Shown here: piece by piece, positions 12,672 to 28,702 of the stretch
How the letters are laid out: every line of letters starts with the position of its first letter
Numbering within the stretch: position 1 is the stretch's first letter
From: Octopus vulgaris
Taxonomy: Eukaryota
Assembly (NCBI GenBank): GCA_951406725.2
Contig: OX597818.1
Location: 76,012,001 to 76,076,000 of the forward strand
Reading direction: 5' to 3'
Length of the DNA stretch: 64,000 nt
Notes under the pieces: model-generated
Databases searched by the model: none
Seen by the model: the letters and a program-made list of their open reading frames with translations, nothing else
What the model was told of the DNA's origin: nothing
Program-made: the position numbers and the translations under genes

Positions 12672-12985
12672 ATGACTTGTGTTATATGGTTAAAGAATAT
12701 ATTTAAATCGTCATGTTAGAAAAAATGTTATAAAATTTTGTGTCTAGTGACATTGGAGAAATAACCGGTTTCGTATTTTCTTTTCAAATTTCTCAAATTT
12801 CTTTACCGATATTGTGTCATCTCTTCGCTATGGCGTGAAGAAATGACAACAATGTCACTACACACAAAATTTTCTAACATTTTCCTAATATGACGATTTA
12901 AATATACTCTTTAACTATATAACACAAGTCTTCTCAGAGTAACAGGTTTTGTTGAATTTTCTGCTGCTTTAATTAAAGTATATAT
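12672..12985. mobile_element. PLE-like remnant with ~85-bp inverted repeat
   Basis: 12672-12755 is inverted at 12849-12932; spacer carries the 3' half of a hammerhead on the minus strand (CGAAACCGGTTATTTC). Confidence 0.5.
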
Positions 12986-12988
12986 TTA

Positions 12989-13022
<34 letters not shown>

Positions 13023-13179
13023 TGTATATATTTGTAGACATCACTAAAGTGACAGAGAGTACTAAGTAGTACCAGTATTGTAAGAAATAAGAGTCAAAAC
13101 AATTCAATTGCCACAGATAGCACTAGCTTAATGACTGACAAGGGAGCTAAGCTCTCTATAATATGTCACCGGTGATCTG

Positions 13180-13235
13180 GCTATATCACCGGTGATTTCG
13201 AATTTTGAATCTATGGCATCTTTATTATCGGTGGC
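13180..13235 (-). ncRNA. Degenerate hammerhead motif in a PLE-like remnant (13035-13430)
   Basis: Minus strand GCCA-CCGATAA-...-GAAA-TCACCGGTGA-TA-TAGC; perfect palindromic stem III; core and stem II decayed. Confidence 0.45.
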
Positions 13236-13439
13236 TCTTACCGCATCTAGGGTTGAACTCACCTCACCTTGTCAGTTTATAAGATATCCATTGAACTCAT
13301 ACGCTGATTTCAGGAACGATAAAAATGAAAACTACAAATAGTATGGGTGGCTTATTTGCAATTTAACAGCCTAAAGGCAAAATTATTGACGTCTCTAAAG
13401 TGACAGAGGATACTTTAGTGACGCCTATAATTTTGCCTT

Positions 13440-14055
13440 TTGCAAGCTTTCATCCAATACCCGAGCGTTGCTGATTTGCAAGTTTATGTCGAATACTCAC
13501 TATCACGTGTAAGACGGATCCAGCTATCAGCTGACTCCATTGTGAAGATCGTCCTGTTGTCTTCCTTTGCCCGGGAAGGACAGGCAGTGTTTCTTTGTCT
13601 AGTACTTTAGCGAAAGAGGTTGCGTGGTGGAGCAGATTGAGAGATGAAGACAAATACTTTTCTCTTTGACCAAGCCCTCGTTAACTTTCTCAAGTTTAAC
13701 TTGAAAGAAAAGTTGAGGGTAGAGAAGGAAAATGCTGCCTCCCAGTAATTTTGTTAAAAGCTGGTTGAATGTTGCAAGAATGGTCCGAGTGAACGGGCCT
13801 ATACTAAGCATGCACCTGTGGATTGAAAGAGGGCGATTCGGAGAGGGCACTTACCCCAGTGATTAGGGCGACCGTGGTTTTGTGGGGCTTCCACGAATAG
13901 CTCTGAGAAGTCTCTCGCTTTTGGGGATTTTTTCGCAGTTAAAATTTATTTTATCGTTGTCATTGTTTACACGCTTCTATTTATGTGGCCTCACATTCCA
14001 TTGTTCTGTACCATCCCCAATGTTTTATGGACCTTTAGTGGTTAATAAAGAAACC
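13440..14055 (+). mobile_element. L1/Tx1-like LINE 3' fragment
   Basis: Frameshifted translation ...SRVRRIQLSADSIVKI...GQAVFLCLV..AKEVAWWSRL...LKEKLRVEKE..FVKSW, then 3' UTR ending AATAAAGAAA; related to 28860-29400. Confidence 0.55.
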
Positions 14056-14064
14056 ATCATCATT

Positions 14065-15415
14065 ATTATCATTTCTCTTTATCACAGGTTTTGTTGGAGT
14101 TCCTGGAATCTTACATGCGTAGCAGGCTTGCTAACTGCAGTCTACGGTACCACGCTATCCGTTCCATTCAGCTATCTAATACTTTCCTAATTATTCTGGC
14201 CGTGCGAAGCAGGCAAAGCTTTTGTAACAGTTCCACTGGGCACTCTAATTCAATTTCCTTTATACTTCCCTTGATGCCTTCTGATACTGTTCCCAAGGAT
14301 CCAACAATAATTGGCACTATCTTCACCTTCTTCGTTTTGCATAGCCGGGCTATTTCATCCTTAAGAGGGTTGTATTTATCTATCTTTTCACCTTCCTTCT
14401 TGACTATTCGTAGGTCAAAGGGGTATGTAACATAAACTATAGAGCATATGTGGTGTACCTTGTCCACCACCACCACTAGATCCGTTATATTATGCTATAG
14501 CACTTGATCTGTTTGGATTGGGAAATCTCAGCGGATTTTGCTAGTCTCCGACACCGCCACTCTCAGTATTTTGTGCTCATACCACGTCTTGCCTCTCCCT
14601 AGCCCCCCCCTTACTTTTCGCACAGTTTCCAATGTAGCCCTTTCGCTACCTGATCGTGTCGCAACAACTTGTAAAGGTTTTGGGCAAGTCTAGGGTATTC
14701 GTTCGTGGTATGGTCAATAGTTTCATCCACTCTATTGCAGATGGGGTACAGTAGAAACACCTGCTCATTCCTGAGGTCGACTCTCCAGTTCGTGGCCAAA
14801 GCTTGGTCTTGCGCTGTTAGTATAGTGCTCTCGGTCTCTTTTTTTAGCGTTCCTTTCTTTAGTCAGTCCCGCCTAATTTTTCCAGCAACTCCTGTTGTTG
14901 CTACATTGTTGCGTAATTTTTCTTCATGTCATCTTTGTACTTTTTCCTTTGATTTTCCTTTTTCTCTGCTTTCAGTACTCCCTCGTTCCTAACTGTTAGT
15001 AGCAATGTTTCCTTGCTTTGGGCTAGGTATCTCATTAAGCTCTCGAGTTCGATACATATGCAGTCCTCGACACTTATCAGTTCCCTTCCTCCATTTACTC
15101 TCTTCATGTATAGGCGATCAGTGTCTGAACGTGGCCCATGCATCGTTACGAGCTTTCTTGATTTCTTGTCCATCTCCTTTAGTTCCTCCTCTGTCCACTT
15201 CAGGATTCCAGTGCCATTCTGGACTACTGCAACTGCGCGCGAGTTTATTGCCGAAATTATGTTTCTGGCATTCAGCTTTGAAGCCATTATTTTAACATTT
15301 TTCGCACTCACAGCAGGTACTCACTTTTTGTCTTTTCCTTCTTGTCGTTGTGTGTGAATCTATTTGCCTCAAGTATTCCCAGATATTTATAGCTGGACCG
15401 AGGTTGAATTGCCAT
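14065..15415 (-). mobile_element. R4/Dong-like non-LTR retrotransposon fragment (RT C-terminus, CCHC finger, RLE), pseudogenised
   Basis: ORFs 14901-15311 (RLYMKRVNGGRELIS), 14611-14799 (ETIDH...RHDQVA) and 14168-14476 (VVVDK..YPFD..EKIDKY..IIVGSLG). Confidence 0.85.
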
Positions 15416-15430
15416 ATTATTATTATTATT

Positions 15431-15986
15431 AAGTGAGAGAGCAGTTCATGCCATCAAAGTGACACTGGAGTAAAATATACGAAGCCCAATATACCCATCA
15501 TGACTACCCGTCTGATAAGGGTACACCAGGCACATGCATCACAACCATATGTGCGCGACATGGTGATCTCATATCAAGATAAACAGCACATGACCTTGTA
15601 GGTGGGGCCCAGTTAGAATTTTCTTCGGGTTGAGTAGCCCATCCCGCTCAAAAAGTCCCTGAATAAGGGTTGTTTAAGGATGTTGAAAGAACCACCCATG
15701 TTTCCAGAGGTGAATTATTCAAACCCCAAAGAATCCCTCTCAACACATGGCTATGATGCTCCCCCACTACTTCTGCTCGTGATCAGAGATGCACATATCG
15801 TCAGCCACTAAGGGACATGCTCAACTGGTTAAGGTCAAACAACTGACAAGCAAATCTGTGGTATTGAGCAGAATATTTGCTGTAGCCCATCTTTTATACC
15901 AAGACAAAACAATGTACATGATAACACTTCCAATCAGTTAAGATCAGAAGCCATGAGAGCCACTGCCTGGTACTGCATCAGGGCAT
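15431..15986 (-). mobile_element. Non-coding ~555-bp interspersed repeat embedded in (TAA)n
   Basis: Highly similar inverted copies at 34186-34648 and 27239-27400; ATT repeats on both flanks; no ORF or A/B box seen. Confidence 0.75.
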
Positions 15987-16025
15987 TTATTATTATTATT
16001 ATTATTTATTATTATTATTATTATT

Positions 16026-16067
<42 letters not shown>

Positions 16068-16089
16068 ATTATTATTACTATTATTATTA

Positions 16090-17630
<1,541 letters not shown>

Positions 17631-18941
17631 CATTATTATTATTATTGCTAAATGAGGGCGATTCGATATAACAAGAACAACGCTATTTAATTAGATACCT
17701 TTACGTTCGGAGTACAAATTTCTTCGCGTTCAACTTTCTGGAGTAGATTAAATGAAATACCAGTCAGATAGTTGGGTCGATATAAGCGACTATACATCTC
17801 CCTCCATTTTTTTTGCTTTGTGCTTATGATACCCATACACCACACATACACACGTGTGTGTGTGTGTATGAGTTTGTGTGTGTGTCTCTGTGTGTGTTTG
17901 TGTGTGTTGTGTGTGTGTGTGTGTGTGTTTGCGTGTTTATGTGTGCACACGCGTGCGTGTGTGTTTGTGTTGCTATGTATACATAACCGTAACCTTGCAG
18001 TATAGATTAAGTGTTAGTCGTAAATTAAGAACTGGGAGCGATTTGATCGACGAAACCATTCAAGACGGTACACCAACATGGCCTCAGTTTAATACTCGAA
18101 GCAGGTAAAACAATAAAAAGAATATGTATTATTTCCATGATTGTGGCAATAGAGAAAGGCACCCCTTCACGGGTACCTTTCAGAGGCTCCGTGACTGGTA
18201 GGAAGAAGAGAAGAAATTATCTTCAAATCGAAGACCGGAGTGCTTGCAACAGAGTGGAATCTCCTAAAGGAATCCAAAGACCCGATGGCGGAGGTTTATT
18301 GAAAGACTTTTATCGACATAGGGCTAAAAGAGTAGACATTTGCACATGTTGCCACGTACTGGAATTTAAACCCAAACCAAATGTTTGCAGAGCGACCTTC
18401 TTAAGCACACATTGAAAGACCTCCGCCATTCATGTTGACCATGTGTTGTATAAGTATGTAGGAGCCCGGGTAGAATTAACAGCCCTGCCGTGCTTGAAAT
18501 AAAATGTGTAAAATAAATCTTCTTTGTGAATGTACACATAAACGCACGCACACTACCATCATCATCACCATCTTGTTATTCAGCTGTAGAGGAACGAAGA
18601 AGTTGGGGAGAAAAAAAACATATAAGGAAGTTTTATAAGTCATGTTATATCATCTTTATTATCGAAGAGAAATGCCAAGCATTTGTTAGTCATTCTTCCA
18701 TAACATGACCAGAGTGGAAGATATCAAAATTTATCTTCTGTCTATACCTTACCACTGCTGTTAGACGACAACCCAAATGACAAACCAGTGAATGTTTCCT
18801 GCCTCAGTTGTCAATTGTAGGATATGCGAAACAAGGGCGAATAACTCTGGTATGTCTGAATAATGGATGTAAGGGAGATAATCTTGTTTGCTACTTTGTT
18901 TTAAATCTGTCCCCTCTCTCATCATACACATGCATATACAT

Positions 18942-18972
<31 letters not shown>

Positions 18973-19389
18973 TACATACATACATGCATACATACATATA
19001 CACACACATGCACACATACATACATACATACATACATACATACATACATACATACACACACACATACATACATACATACATACATACATACATACATACA
19101 TACATACATACACACATACACACACACACATACATACACATACATACATACATACATACATACATACATACATACATACATACATAGATAAATACATACA
19201 TACATACACATACACACACGCGCCAGCGTGACAGTCTTTCATATAAATACTGTTAACCTATTGCATTCGCATGGCATTGATCTACCCGGGGCAATAGTAA
19301 AAAAACGTTTGTCCAATGCCCAACAGTGGGAATGAACCCGGAACCATGTGGGTGCAAAGTTACCACACATCCATGTGTGTGTATGTGTG

Positions 19390-19431
<42 letters not shown>

Positions 19432-19435
<4 letters not shown>

Positions 19436-19787
19436 ATATGTAGTATAATTATAAACAGGGAAAATTTTAACCATTTCTCCGCAGACTGAAAAAAATGATG
19501 AACAATCTTAATCGATTTTCGAACCTTATTGGGTTCTCATCAGAGGCGTCCACATCATTCTGAAAGTCTCCAGAAAAGCTATCAGCCAAACTATTTATAT
19601 ATACTCAACAAATGCAGCAGTTACTCTATGAAGGACTCCCTAATTTGCATACTGAAAGTGTGTAACACTCTATAAATACCAGTCGCCTGTCAACGGGGAT
19701 CTTAGTCCACACAGTATCAAGGTATGATACAATAAATACATAACATATGGTATAATTATAAACAGAGCAAATTTTAGCCGTTTCTCA
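19432..19787 (-). mobile_element. PLE-like remnant with terminal direct repeat
   Basis: ~47-bp direct repeat (GTATAATTATAAACAG...TTTCTC) at 19432-19478 and 19740-19787 enclosing a hammerhead. Confidence 0.6.
19504..19547 (-). ncRNA. Type I hammerhead ribozyme
   Basis: Minus strand CT-CTGATGA-GAACC-CAATAA-GGTTC-GAAA-ATCGAT-TA-AG: intact core, 5-bp stem II, palindromic stem III AATCGATT; stem I weak. Confidence 0.7.
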
Positions 19788-19807
19788 GTATATATATATA
19801 TGTTAAC

Positions 19808-19975
19808 TGCAGGCATGGCTATGTGGTAAGAAGCTTGCTTCCGAACCGCATGGTTCCGGGTTCACTCCCACTGCTTGGCACTTTGGGCAAGTGTCTTCTA
19901 CTACTTCTGCTATAGCCTCGGCCGACTAAAGCCTTCTCAGTGGATTTGGAAGACGGAAACTGAAAGAAGCCCGTC

Positions 19976-20015
<40 letters not shown>

Positions 20016-20220
20016 ATGTCTTTGTGTCTATTTTCCTCCCCCACCGATGTAGGTCTGTTTACATCCGTATAAATTAGCGGTTCGGCAAAAGAGATCGGTA
20101 GAATAAATTGTAGGCTAATAAAGAATAAGTTCTGGGATCGATTTCTTCGACTAAAAAATCCATTAAGGTGCTACTCCAGGATGGCCGCACTCAAGTGACT
20201 AAAACAAGTAAAAGAGTAAT
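19808..20220 (+). mobile_element. SINE family A, full form (head, internal TA microsatellite, tail)
   Basis: Head 19808-19977, (TA)n, tail ...TTAGCGGTTCGGCAAAAGAG...CCAGGATGGCCGC...GACTAAAACAAGTAAAAG. Same layout at 20408-20845. Confidence 0.75.
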
Positions 20221-20225
20221 ATATA

Positions 20226-20268
<43 letters not shown>

Positions 20269-20321
20269 CTTAGATATGTTTCGACCAAAGATTGGTCCAG
20301 GCCATGTCTAACTTAATAGCA

Positions 20322-20410
<89 letters not shown>

Positions 20411-20523
20411 CGCGGCTGTGTGGTAAGAAGTTCACCTCTCAACCGTATAGTTCCGGGTTCAGTCTCCTTGGGCAAGTGTCTTCTACTATAGCCTCAGGCC
20501 GACCAAGCCTTGTGAGTGTATTT

Positions 20524-20570
<47 letters not shown>

Positions 20571-20587
20571 TGGCATGCATATATATT

Positions 20588-20633
<46 letters not shown>

Positions 20634-21349
20634 AAATCCACTTATATATATGTGTGTTTGTGTGTCTGTGTTTCTCTTTGACCGCTGTTTGACAACCAGT
20701 GTTAGTATGTTTACGTTTCCTTAACGTAGCGTTTCAGCTGTTAGATTAAGTACCAGGCTTAAAAATAAAGTGCTGAAGTCGATTCGTTGTGGCGGTGCTC
20801 CAGCTTGGCCAAAGTCTAATGACTAAAACAAGTAAAAGATGAAAGATATACACGCTCACACTCACACAGGCCCACACACGCATACGCAAGTACACACATG
20901 CATAAGCATGCAAACACATGCATAGACACACACGCACACACGCAAACGCACGCATACATGCATATCCTTCCTTCTTTGTTTCCTTCCTAACTTCCTTCTG
21001 TACATAGGCGGTTTTCGTGTTACTGGATGATTGAATCCTTATTATTGATTATTATGATCAGAAGTATCGATTAACTGACAATTAGTCCCTTTTGACCTTT
21101 AGGTCAAAAAGTGTGATTCCAGCTTCTCACTTGGCTTCACCCATTGGAGAAGCTTTTTAAGATAACGAAAGACAAATTAGAGCTACTGTTACTATTGATT
21201 GCAGAGGTCTTATGTGACTGACCTGTGCTGCCTATGTACACCTTAGTATACGGGGTAATTTCACAGCTGAGTGTTTTGGTTAAATATTGTACTAGTGCTA
21301 TTAACCTGGTAGATATTATTATTATCACTATTGTTATATCTATTATTGT

Positions 21350-21498
21350 ATCTTCTTCTTCTTCTTCTTCTTCTTCTTCTTCTTCTTCTTCTTCTTCTTC
21401 TTCTTCTTCTTCTTCTTCTTCTTCTTCTTCTTCTTCTTCTTCTTCTTCATCTTCATCTTCTTCTTCTTCTTCTCCTTCTCCTCCTCCCCCTCCCCCCT
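21350..21498. repeat. (CTT)n microsatellite
   Basis: Perfect TCT array; source of the poly-E/S/K/L ORFs. Confidence 0.95.
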
Positions 21499-21658
21499 CT
21501 GAGGAAGTGCCTCTCCAATACCAAAACCGCATATATTACGTAATTTTTCTTTTAGAATTTTCACGTAAACTGGCGTTGCAAATAGAGATGGTACGGAAAC
21601 ATATGTAACTTATTATCAAAGATGTGTTAAAGAATTTTCCTTTCATTGGTATATATAT

Positions 21659-21719
<61 letters not shown>

Positions 21720-21721
<2 letters not shown>

Positions 21722-21881
21722 CGTAGAAGTGGCTGTGTGTTAGTAGCTTGCTTACGAACCACATAGTTCCGGGTTCAGTCTCACTACGTGGCACCTTGGG
21801 CAAGTATCTTCTACTATAGCCTAGGGCCGACCAAAGCCTTGTGAGTGGATTTGGTAGATGGAAATTGAAAGAAGCCCGTCG
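21720..21881 (+). mobile_element. SINE family A
   Basis: A/B-box head and body, flanked by (TA)n on both sides. Confidence 0.85.
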
Positions 21882-21883
21882 TA

Positions 21884-21966
<83 letters not shown>

Positions 21967-22059
21967 TCTTTCGTTCTTTTATATGTTTCAACCCTAAGGC
22001 TGTGGATATGCTGCAGCAACACCACTGTTATCACCTTTCCAACGGCCAATCGTATGTGT

Positions 22060-22550
22060 GTGGAGGAGTTCCACGCTGCTGCTCTCTTTTGAGTTTCCTG
22101 CCTTGATATCGGTTCATCCCGGACATTGGATAGCAGGAGATCAAGTTGTTTCTTAAAAACATATACCCTTATCCATGAAGATCCCTCAGATGTTTTCGCA
22201 AGGCGTTAAATAGCTTTGGGCTCTTGAATCTCAAGCTTTTGCAGTACATGGTCCTAATTCTAGATGGGGTAGCTGGAAAAGTGCTGTAACGTCCTTTCGG
22301 GGGCTGGTATAACTCTCGATATCAAAGTTTGGTGCCAGTCTTTCTAGGATCTTCCATACCTATATCACTGCATAACTCTCTCGTCTTCGTTCAAGGGACT
22401 AGAGTTGTAGCTCTTTCAATCTCTCTCAGTAGCTCAGCTGTTCCATTGGTGCAATCTTCCTGGTGTAGCACCGCTGAACTGCCTCAAGTTCCGCTATTAA
22501 TTTGACACTGTAGAGTGACCACAGTTGAGAGCAGTAGTTCAGAGAGCTGA
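22060..22550 (-). mobile_element. CR1-like LINE 3' fragment
   Basis: Minus strand reads YCSQLWSLYSVKLIAELEAVQRCYTRKI..LSY*ERLKELQL*SLERRR, a typical CR1 ORF2 C-terminus. Confidence 0.8.
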
Positions 22551-22769
22551 GTACAAATGTCCTCCATAGAACCAATATGATTTTCTGGTCCCTTGTTCTG
22601 AAGGTTCTCAGAATCTATCCGGCCATTCGCGTACACATTGTCAGCAGCTTGGTGATATGTATGCGAAACGAATATATATGTTGTTATGAAAGTATCGGTA
22701 GTGAAAAAAATGTATATAAATATCATGAACTCTGCTGTCGTTAGACGACGTATGAGGGTTCAGCAATTT

Positions 22770-23187
22770 CTTATTTCTTTATTGCCCACAAGGGTCTAAA
22801 CATAGAGGGGACAATCAAGGACAGACAAAGGGATTAAGTCGATTAGATCGACCCCAGTGCATTACTAGTACTTAATTTATCGACCCGAAAGGATGAAAGG
22901 CAAAGTAGACATCGGCTGAATTTGAACTCAGAATATAACGGCAGACGAAATACCTATTTCTTTACTGCAGACAAAAGGCTACACTGAGAGGGGACAAACA
23001 AGGACAGACAAACGGATTAAGTCGATTATATCGACCCCAATGCGTAACTGGTACTTATTTAATCGATCCCGAAAGGATGAAAGGCAAAGTTGACTTCGGC
23101 GGAATTTGAACTCAGAATGTAGCGGCAGTCGAAATACCGCTAAGCATTTCGCCCGGTGTGCTAACGATTCTGCCAGCTCACCGCCTT
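22770..23187 (-). mobile_element. Tandem pair of SINE family B
   Basis: Two consecutive copies of the GGACAGACAAA..GATTAAGTCGATT..GGATGAAAGGCAAAGT unit; only the second keeps the head. Confidence 0.85.
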
Positions 23188-23452
23188 CTTACCGAACAAC
23201 CACACAGTGGTTTCTTACCGAACAACCTCATAGTGATCAAATGTTTGCGTACACATAAGCTCATTCACTCCATCAGATCGACATTACCTGTACAGGTAAT
23301 ATATATATTCACACACATATATGCATACATATTTACACACACGCGCGCGCATATGTAAATGTGTACAAATATAAATACGCATTCATATATATAGACATGT
23401 ATACACTCACGTGATAGTATATACGTATGTATGTACGTATGCATGTATGTTC

Positions 23453-23507
<55 letters not shown>

Positions 23508-24180
23508 TTGATATACATATATACATTAGACACATTTATACATAGATATGCATACGTACACACGCGTGCGCAGGCAAACATACGTAGATGTACATATATA
23601 TGCACACATGTAGATATATAAATATATATATGCACATTTACATTCATATACAATCATCTCGCGTGTAGAAGATACATCTGACGTTTTTATCCCTATCTCA
23701 ATTAACAGTCTTAATCCTGACATTAGCTTTAACCTTGTATAAATCTCACACTCCGTCTTAGATTAATCCCCTATTCCAGCCAGCAATCCCAACATTTTTA
23801 AACTCTAAATACATTACTTTGTCATCGATAACTAATTGTCTGTGAATTCACTGACCCAGACGATAAAATGGCTGTTTGCCTGCACTTATTGCTGACGAAT
23901 AGCTTCTAAATGTTGTTCATATATTCTGCCCACCATCGTAGATCAGCCCTAATTCAGTAGGCCTATGATCAAAGGCATTCCTGTCGAGAACATCCAGTCC
24001 TATTCCTCTTCGGGTAGAGTGTATGTAGGGGTACATTTAATGTGCTCTTCATTTTTTCAAGTTAGTAGGGTGAGATATAAAAGAAATGTGTCTGTTACTT
24101 TTAGCGAATGTTAGCCCAGTGGTTTGAATGTTGTGATCAAAAGTACTGTACTGTGTTCTGACTGTAATATAAAAAGTAAG

Positions 24181-24895
<715 letters not shown>

Positions 24896-26399
24896 ATTTA
24901 AATCTTATGAAAATTAGAATTCATTTCATTAATTTGTATAACCTACAGTAAATTTGATAATTATAATTATTATATGCATGCGATATTTCCTGATAATACC
25001 CATAGTGACAAAAGTATACTTCCAAAGATACTCATCATATAACAGGTAACACTCTAAGACTAAGTGTAATGATTAATTGGTACATTATTTTTATTAACAA
25101 ACATTTTATAAATACATTTCTTTCTTTTGCGCATATCAACTTCTGCGTTGGTTGCAAAACGTGTATGCGCATGCACATGCACATACACGCTCAGCTTATA
25201 TGGGAAGCACTAGTGGGATTATAATTAATGATATAGATAGCTTGAGACTGCTGCTCTGTCACTGATTCTTTTTCTCAAGTTTTGATGTACAAACTATACA
25301 ATTGATGAATATTTTATTAAACTGTAATATTAGCTTTAAATACCACATTAGTTATTGCTCGTAGGCGTAGTAAGGCCGAATGGCTAAGAAGTTCGCTTCG
25401 TAATCTTGATGTTCCGGATTGAACCCCACAGAATGGCATCTTAGAAAAATGTTATTTTCTACAGCCCTGTGTCGCTACATACCTTGTGAGTAAAACTGGG
25501 TCGATAACAACTGTACTGAATCCCTGGCACTCCGTCAGTTTTGATGACGAGAGTTCCTAGAAGTTCTAGATTTCATCCCACTGAGAGGCATCTTGGACAA
25601 ATGTCATTTTCTACGGCTCCGGCTCATTTCAGTTGTTGCTTGAACTGTAGGTACGATGTTTGTAGTGTTTCTAGGAAAGATTTCTGTACGTAATCCTATC
25701 TGAATTGACCTTCTGGAAACATTGCATGTCAAAACTCCTCCTGGGCCTTAATGTGCCAGCTGTATGGAATCCATGTCTCGCACCCACATATGAGAGTAAA
25801 AAGAGAGCCAGCCTGTTAAATGAGGACATTAATACGGTAGCTGAAATTGCTGTTTAGAAAGATTATTTTTTCTGAGTCTCCCAAAAAACAGAAACCTGTC
25901 TGGGACAATTTAGATTCTCCCCTTCTATTGTGTATAGTTGGAAATGATGCTACATAGGGACCTGAACTGGGAGGATAAGGTTAGTTGTTGCTGTTATTCT
26001 GAGAAATTAGGGAGGAATGATGGCAGTATAACATGTGAGTTTTGTGCATTAATTTGTCAGACCCATATTTTCATAAGCTATAATGGCTGCTGTGATGATA
26101 ACCCGTAGGGCTTCCTGAGTATAGTCATCAACATATTGTACTCAATTATCAATTCATATCCGAATTTTGTGGGCTGTACCCTTCTGATATAGAAACGGCT
26201 CCCGTCGTGTAAACTGATTCTCGGCTCATCTTCATCCTTCCTCAGAGCAACGTGGTCATGCAAACGCAGAGGATATTAAACAATACATGGCCTAGCATGC
26301 AACCTTGTTTTACTCTCGTTTTTACATTCACATACTCAAGTTTCTGTCCTCCAACAGCAACTCGGTCCATCATCCCTGAGCGGAAAGCAGATCTGTTAT

Positions 26400-27780
26400 A
26401 TACGGAAAGCAGTCTGGACAAAATGAATTACAAGATAAAGACAAAAACGAAGAGGGAAGGATAGGCGGGTGCTCGATCAGTTCTTGTGAGAGATACCCGA
26501 ATAACAGACTCTTGTGGTTACAAAAATTGACCTGGAACCTAAAAGAGAGGTCTTGATAAGTGCAGCACAGAAACAAGCATTGAGAACAAACTACATCTAG
26601 TACAAACTTGACAAATCAGCAGAATCTGATAAATGCAGAATATGTGCTGAAACTTGAGAGACAGTGTGGCACATTTTAAACGAATGCGGCAAAGTAGCTC
26701 AGAGAAAATGCAAGAAAAGTTATGACATGTTTTGATTGGAATGAGCCAGAAAGTTATATAAATACGAAACAACGGGTGTGGTAGAAAATGACACAATAAA
26801 GATCTTTTGGGACTTCATGATCTAATGAGATCATAGAATCGAACATCAGAAGCCCGATATTGTAGTGGTAGACTAAAAAAGAAAAAGTCATGTCTGATCA
26901 TTGGAATCGCTTGCCCTGATGGCAGCAAAATCGTCACAAGAAGAAAAAAACTGACGTGACATGAAACTCTGAGGATAGAAATCAAACAGTTGTGACCAAT
27001 GTAAAAAGTGTATATTATGCCAATAATTGTTGGTGCCCTACAGTGAGTAAAAAAAATGAAAATTGGTTGGAAATTAAAGGAATAAAAAAAAAAAAATAGA
27101 GCATATCAGTATTACTTGGCTGCGCGTGGAGTCTCCGCGAAGTTCTTCAGACTTGAAAAGTACCACCTTAGTTCCCAGCTGGCATATTCATGACATCGCC
27201 GGCAACAAATGAGTATGTTAGATATGGTGATGATAATGAATGCTCTGATGCAGTACAAGGCACTGGCTCTCATGGTTTTTAGAATTTAACTGATTGGAAG
27301 TGTTATTATGTACATTGTTTTGTCTCGGTATAAAAGATGGGCTACAACAAATATTTTGCTCAATACCGCAGATTTGCTTGTCAGTTGTTTGACTTTAACC
27401 ACACGTAGATGACAAAGAGCTGAAAAACATGGAGAAATGCTGACTACTGAAAGACGAAATTGCAAGAATGTGGGCAATGAGGAGAGTAACTATTATCCCA
27501 GTAGTTGTAGGGGGACTCGGAGCACTAACAACCAGGTTCGAGAAATATGTCGGAGAAATTGGAATTGATATGAGGGGAGAGCAGGCCTCCCAAAAAATGC
27601 TCTATTGGGGATAGCTAGGATTTTGAGATTGGTGCTTGGGTGTTGAGTGTCTTCCACGATAAGTTAATATCCCGGTACCAAAGCTTAAAATTTGCAGAAA
27701 GAGCCCATGTGCTACCTCTGACAATAGGTTGCTGTTCACGCTCACAGGTCAAGAGCTCTAAGTAGTAAAAAACAACAACA
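26400..27780 (+). mobile_element. R4/Dong-like fragments (zinc finger, RLE), decayed, with a partial copy of the 555-bp repeat at 27239-27400
   Basis: AAQKQALRTNY..DKCRICAET*ETVWHILNEC; ILWDF..KPDIVVVD; PVVVGGLG. Confidence 0.75.
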
Positions 27781-27789
27781 ACAACAATG

Positions 27790-28155
27790 GATTCAAATTA
27801 TGGCAAAAGGCCAGAAATATCAGGCGAGGAGCTAAGTCCATTACATCGACCCCAGTGTTCAAATGGTACTTATTTTATCAACCCCGAAAGGATGAAAGGC
27901 AAAGTCGACCTCACCGGAATTTGAACTCAAAACGTAAGGATGGACGAAATGCCGCTAAGCATTTTGTCCTCCGTGCTAACGATTCTCCCATCCTTTCTAC
28001 AATAGGTATAAGGCATGAAATTTGGGAGAGGGGGATAATCAGTTGCATCGACCCCAGTGTTTCACTGGTACTTAATTCATCGACTCCGAGAGGATGACAG
28101 TCAAAGTCAACCTCGGCGGAATTTGAACTGAGAACGTAGCGGCAGACGAAATACC
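27790..28155 (-). mobile_element. Two SINE family B copies
   Basis: Repeated CATCGACCCCAGTG..GGATGA..CAAAGTC.ACCTC..GAATTTGAACT. Confidence 0.8.
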
Positions 28156-28159
28156 AATA

Positions 28160-28249
<90 letters not shown>

Positions 28250-28299
28250 ATGATAATAATAATAATAATAATAATAAGAATAAGAATAAGAAGAAGAAG

Positions 28300-28655
28300 A
28301 AGAAGAGCCCTCAGAGAGCGCAAGCCTTCGCTAAGGCAACACCAACGTCCTCTCAAAGATTAGCCGGAGATGACTTTTAAAATAAGAATATCCGAAATAA
28401 ACTCGACTGCTCTCACAAACGAGAATACTAAAAATTAACCCGAACGTTCTCAAAAATTAAGTAAAGAAACCAGAAAAATAATTCAGAATCCTTTCCGGTA
28501 CCGGATCAATCTCAAATTCTAACGAGTTCGTGCCATTCACGGGGCCAAATATTCCTGAAAGTTTCATCCAAATCCATCCAGTTGTTCTTGAGATATCTTG
28601 CCCACGGGCAAACAAACAAACACAACTAAAAATAATACCTCCGCCTAATAATATT
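28300..28655 (+). mobile_element. Helentron-associated (HINE/DINE-like) non-autonomous element
   Basis: 5' AAGAGCCCTCAGAGAGCGCAAGCCTTCGCTAAGGC; 3' AAGTTTCATCCAAATCC...CAAACAAACAAAC...AATACCTCCGCC; layout matches HINE elements as recalled. Confidence 0.55.
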
Positions 28656-28658
28656 AAC

Positions 28659-28702
<44 letters not shown>

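Noticed and set aside
21137-21608. Poly-E, S, K and L ORFs
   Set aside because: Produced by a (CTT)n array.
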